Positions 25,101 through 35,236 of a stretch of 64,000 nucleotides of DNA are shown here, one piece after another. The notes under the pieces are model-generated. The model was not told where the DNA came from. It was given only the letters and a program-made list of their open reading frames with translations, and did no database searches. This stretch comes from Marsupella aquatica (taxonomy: Eukaryota; Plantae; Marchantiophyta), in the NCBI GenBank assembly GCA_973895155.1, contig OZ316896.1, positions 2,294,001 through 2,358,000 of the forward strand, in the 5' to 3' direction. The first letter of the stretch is position 1. Each line of letters begins with the position of its first letter. The position numbers and the translations under genes were made by a program.

Positions 25101-25881
25101 TGCCATTCCGGTTGGCACACTCGTGTCGACGGTCAACCGGTCAGTGCAGCGCGACCGGTAGTCAGCAGTTAGTTAGTCAGTAGGTAGTACCCCGGAAGGT
25201 AGTATCCTCCGGTTCTCTTCCGCTATGGTAGTATTTAGGCTTCCCCTTCCGCGATGGGAAGGGGGAGAAGGCTTAGTTATCTCAGCAGAAGAAAGGCGAG
25301 GCACGGGGAGTCCCGGCCTGAGTAGGGTCAGAGCGTACCAAGGAGTGAGAGCCAGAGTCGAGCTTGTTGGGCAAGTGCGAGGCAGGGCCTCGTAGAGACT
25401 GGGCATCGACTGCCGTTGGGCCTGCTGACCCCCTTTGAAGTCGAGTCAACCATGTAAACTGATGCTTCGCTGAGTAAATGTAGTCTTTTCCCCTTAATGT
25501 TTCTGAGAGTAACTGGTGTTGTGTGTATGCTTTGTCCGGGCAAAGGTGCCATTTTAAGGGACGTACCAGGTGCGGACTAATGGTAGGGATTGCCACTCAT
25601 TGCATGTCACAAGGTCCTGTCACGTCGATGGCTTGAAAAGCCCCAAGTCGGGAGTTAGTCCGCGTCACTAACTGAGGGAAAATTCCAGCGGTGGAAAATA
25701 AATATACCTATGACAAGTACGAATTATGCGAGTGTTATACCAGTAAGTATAGCGGCTTAGCCCGACTTAGGGCTATTGAAGGTCACTACACACCTCCTTG
25801 CCCGAACCCTCACCCCTACTGGTGGTCGAGGTCGCACCACGACACTAACCCGGATTTAAGGCCCAGGGTAGGGGTGCGACA
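22183..25881. mobile_element. 3.7-kb solo-LTR-like insertion
   Basis: TGTGACAC..GTGCGACA ends; perfect 5-bp TSD ATTTC at 22178-22182 and 25882-25886; GC-rich relative to flanks; no gag/pol. Confidence 0.85.
22551..24899 (+). pseudogene. Accessory ORF within the solo-LTR-like unit (Pro-rich linker plus coiled coil), homolog of 9237-12182
   Basis: ORFs 22551-22838 and 23178-24899 are one frame with a single TGA at 22836; shared motifs IFGLP/VFGLP, NGY..CTN/NGF..CTN and PRSEIS/PRAEIG. Confidence 0.7.
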
Positions 25882-26180
25882 ATTTCTGACGGTACTTATA
25901 CTACAAAAATGGTTAAATAATCTGTAAAGTAAATCCACAAGCACCACACACGAGCTCAACCAAAATGTGACTCCATGGTAAGTCATATATTATGCCACTG
26001 CAATATTTTTTTACCAGTTACACTTGAAAACAATTGTCCAAAATGATTTTGCAGGTGCTAAGAAAAAAGAAGTCTCTAATAGTAACTCCATCAAAATCTA
26101 GAGACTATTGTATTCATATTTTTTTTCCATTGATGTCAACAATTTTTGCTTTCACTTCTGCCTGTTGTACGTTGACGTCG

Positions 26181-26558
26181 TCAATGACGACGAATAGATC
26201 GTTGCATATTTTGCTCGTCTATTGATGGCTGGTTGGCTACAGCATATTCTTTCCATTTATTGAATCGACCACTAAGGAGCAATCTGTCAAATTCGTCATC
26301 TAACAAATTATACTCATTGATTGTGAAGTGTTCAATGGGAGTGGAATCTATTTGCGTCATCACTACACCCTCTTGTGTCTCTTCAGTGTCTTGTTGTGTC
26401 TCCATTGATGGCATCTGGTCCAACAATCCTCGTTGTTGATATTCACGTTCATGAAATGGTGTGCGACACCAACATTTTTTGCTCTTCTTCAACCATTTGA
26501 ACAAACAAGCATGATGCCATATATGTCCGCAAGTTCCCAACATGGAAACAGATTCTGG
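26181..26558 (-). pseudogene. 3' half of a RING-H2 protein gene split by the CACTA insertion
   Basis: ESVSMLGTCGHIWHHACLFKWLKKSKKCWCRTPF; joins in frame to KCTWCLYPWGP at 59909+. Confidence 0.8.
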
Positions 26559-29500
26559 CACTAGTAGAAACCGGGGCAATTTAGACCATACCTTATAGGA
26601 CTATGCCCACTAAGTCCTTTTTCCATACTTAAAACGACTCGCACCCATTGCACCGGTTTTGTTGAAGACTAGAAAAGACTATGAGAGTTTTATGGTTCAC
26701 TAAAAGACTATGAGAAGTAACCTTGCTACTTTGTGAAGGGTGAATAGTCTAGCACATCATGGGTAATGTTCACTCTATGTTGAGGAGGGGTAATTCTCCT
26801 TCATCTTTGAGCCGAAAGCACCGACGTCTATCGAGTGCCAAAGAACTGCTGGAGATCGAGCGAATTCACACTCTTAGATGTGGGTCGTGTCAAATTGTTT
26901 CCTCCATTGATGGCAGCCTTCTGTGAGATTGATTTATACTGTGTGGCTATCTGGGAGTTTTGTCGACTCATTTGACACCGATACTCCCGTGATTTCCTCA
27001 TACATAGTGCCACTGCCCCCCCACATTGTGTTCAATCCCTATAGCTTATAGCTGCACCACTCTTGGTGGCCCTTGCTCATGCCTTGGTTTTTTTTTCTTT
27101 TTCCCATTACAGTATACACCCCCTTCTTACTAATCAGGTGGATTAATTTAGTACTAGACAATGCTTTGACACTTTACACTTACACTATGCTGACCTACTG
27201 CGCCTTCTAGTGCTTATTCCCTAGTTGTTACTTGTTGCATGGACCACTAGAAGAACGGCTTCGCAATCTTTGCCTGATCTGATGACCCTGGTTGAGTAAC
27301 TCTTTGTTATTGCCTCCTTTGGGTGTTGAGGTTTTATGATGCCATTTGGCCTACTGGTTCCCCCATCCGTGGGGTTCACGCGGAATAAATGTAAAATTTC
27401 AAACAAAAAAATAAATCTATAAAGAGGGTGATAGCAAGGGGCATAACTCATTAAATGTCCTTATTTGTGACCAAAAAGGTTTTGGGTTTAATGAAGTGGG
27501 GTTCATGGAGGTTGGACCATGGAGGGATGGTCAAGATATTCTTGGCCATTACTAAATCCATCTATAAAAGGTCAAGATGCACAAAGGTAGATTTGTACCG
27601 GTCCTTTTTCATACATTAGAGCTAGGTCACATTCTTGCACCGGGAATATTGCATTTTAGGACCGGATATAATGTTGGGCAACCTTAATCCTGATTACGGC
27701 GTGCAATAAAATGTCACTACCGACCATGTATGTGCAAATATGACCATTCATTGCCTAAGTTGGCCATGCAGTAACACTTTGTAGCTTTGTCCCACTTTGG
27801 GTGACACTCAACGGCTCACTCAAACGGTAAGGCTGAGTGGCTTCCCCTAATTCGGTTTCAGGCACTAAACTTCACTTTGGGAGTCTCTTTGGAGTTTTCG
27901 CCATTGTCATTGAACTTAGAACGTGAGGGGTGGAGTGTTCGGGGTTTTACGTAGGGTTTTCCTTTCAGTGTTGCCCACTTTTTGTGACCATTGCGGAGTG
28001 AACTTCCCGCGCGTTATGTGCTTGTTTATGCTCTCGAGGAGCAGTGTTCAGGCAGTTGCAGTGATCTAACCTTGCGCTTGCAGTCTACTCATAGACCTGC
28101 ATTCCTGCTCGATCTCCTTTAGGGACATTTAGTTTTTGGCTGGTAGGGCGAAGAAGGTTGTGGCTGCTGCAACGTTCGTGAGGAGCTTGTCGGAGTTTGA
28201 GGAGTCGGAGGTTGGGGTTTCTTCAAGGTTTTGGGTGACAATCTCGGTCACAGTTGTGGTATAGACCCTTTTGCTGCACCCATAACGAGCATCGGGAGGC
28301 CGTGAGGCTCATTGGGAGGTCCTTCAGTTGTCAAGCTGCCGTTGAGCTGGTGAAGTTGCATGCGGGTTGCATCTGTTCTGCGGACACAGTCAATGTGGGA
28401 ATCCATATTTTCATAGTGCTTGTTCTTGCAAACTGGGAGCCGAGAGTTTGGAGTCGGGAGCTAAGAAGGGTATTGTTAGGCTTCAATTACTCTGTGGTTT
28501 TCTCCAGCTCCATGGTACAGTTTCAATGTTAATGCTTTGTCCTTGTGCTGGTCTAGGTAGCGCGAGCTTCTACCTATTGCGCCCTCTTGCTGTAAGCGTA
28601 TTGAGCTGCCAACTGAGTGATTCATACCTGTAGCTGCTTACGCGTGATCAAGAGATTGAACAAATGCCTAGTGCTGTCCAGCAGGAGAAAACTCTTTTTG
28701 GTCACGATCGGGCGTTGGAATATAACTAAGTGCGGCAGAGCAACACGGGGAGCTGTAGAGTTGCAGACAAGACGCAACTACAGAGGAGGCATTGGGAAGG
28801 ACACAACGGTGCGGTGAAGGTACAAGGACCGTGGACCCTAACTTGTTTGCTGCCTTGGGAGGATCCGGAGAGCCCGAGGCGACATGCTTCATTGAGCCTG
28901 AGCTAGCTGAATCCAATCCAGGAGTTGTTGCGCTAAGGTGAGACTTTGAGTTTAGGGTTGCTTCAGTGTCCGAGTAGGTTTTCTCTTTGCGTCGGCAGCT
29001 AGAAGGTAAGCTCGGGGGCTTTACAAAGGGTTAGTGTTGCGGACTTTCCCTCCTGGACGTTGTGTGTCTTCATTTGCAACTTGTTTGTGGACCTGTGATC
29101 CTGAGACTGTCAAAATTGTTGTGGCCGCACTGACAACTTGATGACGCGTTTTGTGGATGCACCGTTAGTAATCGCGAGTACAGCTCTCCAACAATTGCAC
29201 TTACCATTTTTGACCACCTTGCATGATGTCCATCCGTGGGCTGGACCCCAAGAAGTAGATTTCGGTAGATTTTGGTAGATTTTGTCTCTGCCCCCGGTCC
29301 TCATTTTGTGCAATGTCCACCTGGCACTTGGTTCTTGATCCCTACATTATCGTCTGCCGCTCGGCTGCTTGCGGAAGGGATCAAACAGATTGGAGGTGCT
29401 TGGTCTTTTCATTTTGAGTGTCAGAGTTTAGGAGGACAGCTTGCACCATCGCCGACAAGAATGACCTGCTTGCAGAACAAGAGGGACGAGCATGAGCTGC

Positions 29501-30953
29501 TTGCAGAATAGGAGATTGACCGCGAGCACGAGCTGCTTGAAAAATAGGAGACTGAGGGCAACCTGCTTCTTTGTTGCTACTCTGGTTGCGCTGCTACATT
29601 GGTTGTTGATCTTCACCCACCCACTTGCCTACTCAATTGACAGAGTACAGCTTTGTCTCTGCGTCTGTTATTGCTGTCTTTGTCCCTCCCCTTGAAATTG
29701 TGGGCCTTAAAAGGTCAGTAAGTTGGCTTATGTAGTTTTTATGTCCCTCCGCTATGTCAATGCGTGTTTCATTGCATCAGGGCATCAGTCGCTGTTTGCC
29801 TATAACCGGACTGTTCATTCTCTGTCCACTCATTTGATGTAATTCTTCCCATTGCCGCCCAATGCTATGGCGCCCATGCTACAATTTGTGGTTTTTGTCT
29901 AAGCACAAATCCTCTCTGTGCCTGGTCTCTGTGTCCCGTCATTGGGATTGATTGTGTAGACGTTTCCTCTTCTCCCAGTCCTTGTCATCCACCAGCCAAA
30001 GCACATTGGATTGTTTTCAAAGGAGGGCTGTGTAGTTTGGAGGGTTTGATCTATGCAGCGGATTTGAGCAGATTGGCGGTTGTTAGTTTCTTCTTGTAAA
30101 ACCTGTCTGTCTTTTCTGCTTTTGGCCATGCTCCTTCACTTCTTGCTGCAAGCTCAATGTGCTTCAGCTATGGCAATATTCACTTACCCTATCCCAACGG
30201 CACTACCGTGAGCTGTAGGACAGCCAACAGAAGCAGATTGTATCGATTGCATGTAAGTCAGGGTATTTTATGTATTGCGGAACAACTATCCAAGTTTGCT
30301 GCAATGGCCGGTCTTGCGCAGCTGAATGAGCCAATTTCATTTTCCCTGTGCACTTCTATTTCTCAAAGAATTCCTTGGTCATGCTCATTTCCCCCAGAGT
30401 TAGAAAACAAAGAAGAAGAGCTGACTAATTGTAATTCCAATCCATATCCTGATCGGTCAAGGATTGTTCACTACATTGGCCTTGTCATTGGCCGAGGTCA
30501 CCAAATTTTGCTTGGTTTCATTCCTGTGGAGCACTGCTGTGATGGATTTGTCGTAGCATTCTGCAAACTCTCACGGTTTGCTTATGGCCATTATTTGCAA
30601 TTTGCTGCTACTAATATGTCTTCTTCTGAGCAGCATACACCAGAAGTAAGCAATAGTGGAGGTTTAACTGCACATCAACACATCTAGTGAACTACCTCTC
30701 TGTTGCTCACTGGAGGGTGAGACTTTCACTCTTTCTGGATATTGTAGTTTGTAAGCAAGTTGATTAGGAGTGTTTCATGCTATGTTTACACTGTGACCCC
30801 TAGCTGGAACCAATGGAATGACACAGTGAGTGGGAACTGATAATTTAAGGTTGGTTGCTGTTGGTGAGGCAAGTACAGCTCCTGCTCACCTTGCTGATCG
30901 AAGGTGCTTATCAGAGGACGTGAACACACGACATCTCCACAAAAGCAACACTT

Positions 30954-31403
30954 ATGGTGAGGACCCGCAACGCTGAACATGTGCGGCTTGCACGCAAGGC
31001 AGAGATGTTGCGCCTTGAGTATGTCAGACTTGGGATCCTTCCAGCCCAGTCTGCATGGTACTTTGAGTACCCAATTGTTGCCAGGAACAACTACAGCCGG
31101 CCTGTACCTGCTTCTCCACCCTTCCCAACATCCTTGGTATTTCTTTCTCTCATACATGACCCGCCACAAATTAGGGCCCAAGGGTGTGTGCACAGTTGCC
31201 AATATGACTGTCCTGCCTGTAGGGCTTCTGGCCTAGAGTTGGATGATCGTTCTCTTGGATGTCGGTTTTTTCACAGAGCACAATGTATCATCTGGAACCA
31301 CTCGCCATCCTGCAGTGTGCCTGGCGATGTCACTTGTCCTGCCCTCCCAGACCCCACCACCGGTCACTTTGGTGTTTACACATGTTTGGATCACACGCTC
31401 TAG
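30954..31403 (+). CDS. 149-aa Cys/His-rich protein of unknown function (CACTA A cargo)
   Basis: Same-length ORF retained in element B (54646-55095), with 12 aa differences. Confidence 0.5.
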   Translation: MVRTRNAEHVRLARKAEMLRLEYVRLGILPAQSAWYFEYPIVARNNYSRPVPASPPFPTSLVFLSLIHDPPQIRAQGCVHSCQYDCPACRASGLELDDRSLGCRFFHRAQCIIWNHSPSCSVPGDVTCPALPDPTTGHFGVYTCLDHTL

Positions 31404-32072
31404 AGGACCACTTGTCACACCGCATGCACAAACCAAAGACCATTGACCTATAACTTAACACTTTGACTTGAACAGAGAGGATATTTACTTAAGATTTTGA
31501 ATTATGACCAATTTTGGGTCCAGGGTTTAGGGTCAACAGTACATAACTTATCCTATTATGGCTGCACTAAGTACAATATCCTAATTTAAGAGGCTAGCAA
31601 GCTCACTTAAAAGTCTCCTTTCAAAGACTGGAATTAATGGGCCATGTGATAACCTGGAAAAAGTGATTTCTGCCTAACTTATTTGTCTCATTCACTATCA
31701 TAGCCTATTTAGGATGTATAAATTACAACCCTGATCACAGTGCTTGATACCAATCCTGTTCAAAAAATGCTTGTTTTACATGTCACGACTGTTATATGTG
31801 ATTCAAATGCATTAAATCTTGTTGCAGATCTCCTTTGGTGAATCATAGCCACAAAATTGAGGTGTAGGTGGAGCTATTGTACGAGGGGATCAGTTTTTAG
31901 TGTGGGCTCAACAAACCAAAAAGTATGTCTACTCTGCACATGTGTGTGAACATTTCATTGCAGTAGCAATTGCCACTCTAGTCTATATGCTACACTGTAC
32001 TTTTTGTACACTGCACTAAATTATATTGTCCGTGCACTCTGCTAAATTGTACTATCTGTCTCATGCGTAGGC

Positions 32073-32753
32073 ATGGCACGCCCTAAAATCCGAGCCAAGA
32101 AGCGGGGGACAGAGGTGAGCAACACAGGTGTAGTTGGGCCAGATGGTAGTAACTTCTCCGCAAGTCAGATTTTCCAGAAGGCAGCTCATTGTTGTGCCAT
32201 TTGTGACGATGGTGGTGGCTTAGCCATATGTGAGGGCCCTTGCATGAGGCATTTCCACCTCAACTCGGAGTCTGACCTTGCTGCAGAAAACAACTGTCCA
32301 GGGGTGGGCCTCCCGTCAGCACACCAGGGAGGCTGGATGTGCACTGATTGTTTGGAGAAGCAGGCTAAGTGTGCACAGTGTGGGAAATTGGGGTCTTATG
32401 AGGGCTCTGTTGATGCTCCACCACTTGTTAGGAAATGCCCTGACAGATATTGTGTGAGGTTCTTTTGTTTTTCATGTTTGCCCGATCTTGCCACAGCTTG
32501 CCCACTTCATAAGTGCAAGGCATGTGGTCAGCACGATGAAGATTTCTGGGTGGACATAGTCCACTGTGTTAGGTGTCCCACCATGTGGCACTTTCATTGT
32601 TTGAAGGAGCGTCAAGCAGAAGGCTATGCTTGTGACAGACACATCTATGATCACTCTGCACATGGTGTTGATCGATGGATCTTCTATTGTCATCGCCATG
32701 CCATAGATCCTACTTTGCACACTCCCATGAGAGATCACATTTCTTGGCTTTGA
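32073..32753 (+). CDS. EDM2/NSD-like multi-PHD finger protein (226 aa)
   Basis: CAICDDGG.L.ICEGPCMRHFH, WMCTDC..CAQCGKLGS, CPLHKCKAC, CVRCPTMWHFHCL and FYCHRHAIDP..TPMRDHI. Confidence 0.8.
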   Translation: MARPKIRAKKRGTEVSNTGVVGPDGSNFSASQIFQKAAHCCAICDDGGGLAICEGPCMRHFHLNSESDLAAENNCPGVGLPSAHQGGWMCTDCLEKQAKCAQCGKLGSYEGSVDAPPLVRKCPDRYCVRFFCFSCLPDLATACPLHKCKACGQHDEDFWVDIVHCVRCPTMWHFHCLKERQAEGYACDRHIYDHSAHGVDRWIFYCHRHAIDPTLHTPMRDHISWL

Positions 32754-33351
32754 ACCTGAATAATATACATGCATAGTGCACCTGATGTGGATACCTTGGA
32801 GATTGCAGACATTCCAATTTTGAGAAGAAGGACCTCTGTAGGAGAGGATGCTTAGGCAACAAGTACCCTAAGTTCATTACTTGTTCCTGGGTACATGCCT
32901 TCAAAAACTGCCCTTAAGCCTTCTAGGAACTTTTTTAACTCTGCAATCATTTTGATCACGACTTACATGACACTGCTTAAATTAAATCAGGACTTCTCAT
33001 TATGAGCATATAAGTTACAAGGCTATTTAATTTGCGAGAATTCCCTTAAAGTGTACCAACATTTTGTATTCTCATTGAATGTCTGCCCATTTACAACATC
33101 TGTATGTGGCATCACAAAACAATTGCACTTGTCACCTTCAATATTGTGAAGGCACATATTCAAACTATGAGGTGCATGCTTGCAGGTGTCTAGTACGTTT
33201 GTCCCAATATTTCTCCCGTTTGGAATCGGAGCAGAGACTCACCAGACGACTGGACTGGACCAAGTTATAAACGCAGCATTTTAAGGGCCCTCCGATTATC
33301 AGGTGAACGCATTATCTTCCGGTCTGCAGTGATTAGGTGGCCCGTGTGTAC

Positions 33352-34200
33352 ATGGCCTCTAGAAAACGTACAAAGGTTGACCACCCGCCTCTGTTGGCTG
33401 GAATCAAAGCCATTTTGATTCCTGGCCACTATGGGTTCACCCAAGTGAGTTGGCCAATCGTACAAAAACGATTCTCAGAGTTCCATGGGACTGAAGTCAA
33501 GGACATCACTCCACAGACTACACATGTTGTTGCGGGGACATGGCTGGATGTGATGAACAAGTGGTCATGGTCCTTCATTGATTCTGACATTACCAACCAA
33601 GGTCTAAAAGTAGTTGAAGTCTCTTGGCTGACCGATTCTGTTAAACATAGGTGTGTACAGAGTACTGAGCAATATGAGTTGTGGGAGAGTGAGGAGGCCA
33701 CTGCAGAGGCTTTGGCTGAAAAGGAAGCCTATGAAGCAGCGGCAGAGAAACCCAACTTTGCTTCTGTCCAATATGGACCTGTTGTCAACATAGGACACCA
33801 TCCTATGCGTGCAGATGCTATATTGAATGAGCATGGCAAGGAGAGAAATACCATTATGAAGGGGTTCAGTGTGGTATTTGCAGAAGAAGGAATTGGGGAG
33901 ACTAAGTGCAGACTGTACAAGTCTATAGTTGTTGAGCTAGGTGGGACAGTGGAGGAGAGTCTAACAGAAACCTCCACTCATGTTGTAGGTCTGTCATACA
34001 TGAAAATATGCAGAAAATTCTTTAAGACAATAGTGCGTGATTTTGTCATGAACAACAATCTTTGGGTGCTTTCCCCTGATTGGCTTCTGGAATCAGCAGC
34101 TAGAGGGAAGCGACAGAATGCTTGGGACTTTGATATTTTTGAGGCCTGGCCCTCCAAGATTCAGCGGAGATGTATGCTTAGCAAAGGTGGGAGAGAGTGA
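33352..34200 (+). CDS. Tandem BRCT-domain protein
   Basis: Two repeats: FHGTEV..TTHVVA..VVEVSWLTDSV and LGGTVEE..STHVVG..VLSPDWLLESA. Confidence 0.85.
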   Translation: MASRKRTKVDHPPLLAGIKAILIPGHYGFTQVSWPIVQKRFSEFHGTEVKDITPQTTHVVAGTWLDVMNKWSWSFIDSDITNQGLKVVEVSWLTDSVKHRCVQSTEQYELWESEEATAEALAEKEAYEAAAEKPNFASVQYGPVVNIGHHPMRADAILNEHGKERNTIMKGFSVVFAEEGIGETKCRLYKSIVVELGGTVEESLTETSTHVVGLSYMKICRKFFKTIVRDFVMNNNLWVLSPDWLLESAARGKRQNAWDFDIFEAWPSKIQRRCMLSKGGRE

Positions 34201-34340
34201 GGAGTAGGAGTCCCTCATATTTTTGTATAAAACACAATTTTGTAATAAATGTGATCCTTGAACTAACTCATCTTGTCATGGTTGGTCGCAGTTGAAGTGA
34301 TTGTTGTTTCCTGCTGCGTGGGGTGTGACTGTGAATCTAC

Positions 34341-34910
34341 TTGCTGGGCTCTGTTTGGCTGAAGACTTTGGTGGGTATGCTGCCTCTTCCAGACCGTCAG
34401 GCCCTATGTAGGGTCCTCCTACGGGTTGCATTGTGCATGGCTACTGCTTGGGCTTACTTGTGTGGATTGGTAACCAGACATAGTGTAGCTCCATCCGAGA
34501 TAATGCCTGCAGACCTTGGATGTGTTGTGAATGCTGTGGTGAATGAGGATGCACAGTCGGAAGAGGACATTTACTTTTCAGCAGATGAGTTAGACAAGCA
34601 CGATGCTGTAGGTGGTTCCTTGTTGCCTGATTTGGCAGATGATATAGTTCTTACACATGTCTGGCCAAGGGTTCTTGTGGTGTCTGGCGCACAAGATATC
34701 TGCAAATATAGACTAATTAGTACCCAGTGGAGGGACTTGGTAGCAACATGTGCACCATGGAGGGCACTGCTGCCACTGCTTGTAGGCACGGATCGAAGAC
34801 CACCATGGCATGAGCAGGGTTTAGACCTTGATGACTTAATGTACATGCCTGAGTACCTCAGGGCTGAGTGGCATCGACAACAGGATTGGTATCCGTATTT
34901 GATGTGGTAG
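34341..34910 (+). CDS. F-box-like protein (true start uncertain)
   Basis: LLPDLADDIVLTHVWPRV..KYRLISTQWRDLV. Confidence 0.55.
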   Translation: MLGSVWLKTLVGMLPLPDRQALCRVLLRVALCMATAWAYLCGLVTRHSVAPSEIMPADLGCVVNAVVNEDAQSEEDIYFSADELDKHDAVGGSLLPDLADDIVLTHVWPRVLVVSGAQDICKYRLISTQWRDLVATCAPWRALLPLLVGTDRRPPWHEQGLDLDDLMYMPEYLRAEWHRQQDWYPYLMW

Positions 34911-35236
34911 TAAGATGAGGACATCTTACACTGGTCTCGCACCTGGCACCTGTGTCTATGACTATACATGATTGGACTCTGATATGGTCATGGATGTACG
35001 TGCAGAGGCAGTACATGTGAGGACAGCGGAGGAGTTGACACCCTCAAACATTTAGGAATTTTGTCTCATTCACTTGAGAATAGGTACATGACTCAGGCAC
35101 CTATATTTTTTGTTTTTTTGTTTTTTTGGAACGTTACGTATTTTGGCAAGTACAGTCGGGGGTGAAATCCTTAACAGGAAGTGTATTTTTCACTTGCATA
35201 ATAAAATGACAGGGTGCTGAGTGCGTGTGTATAGTG

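Noticed and set aside
28254-30687. Short ORFs in the 5' region of CACTA A
   Set aside because: No recognisable domains and not conserved in element B
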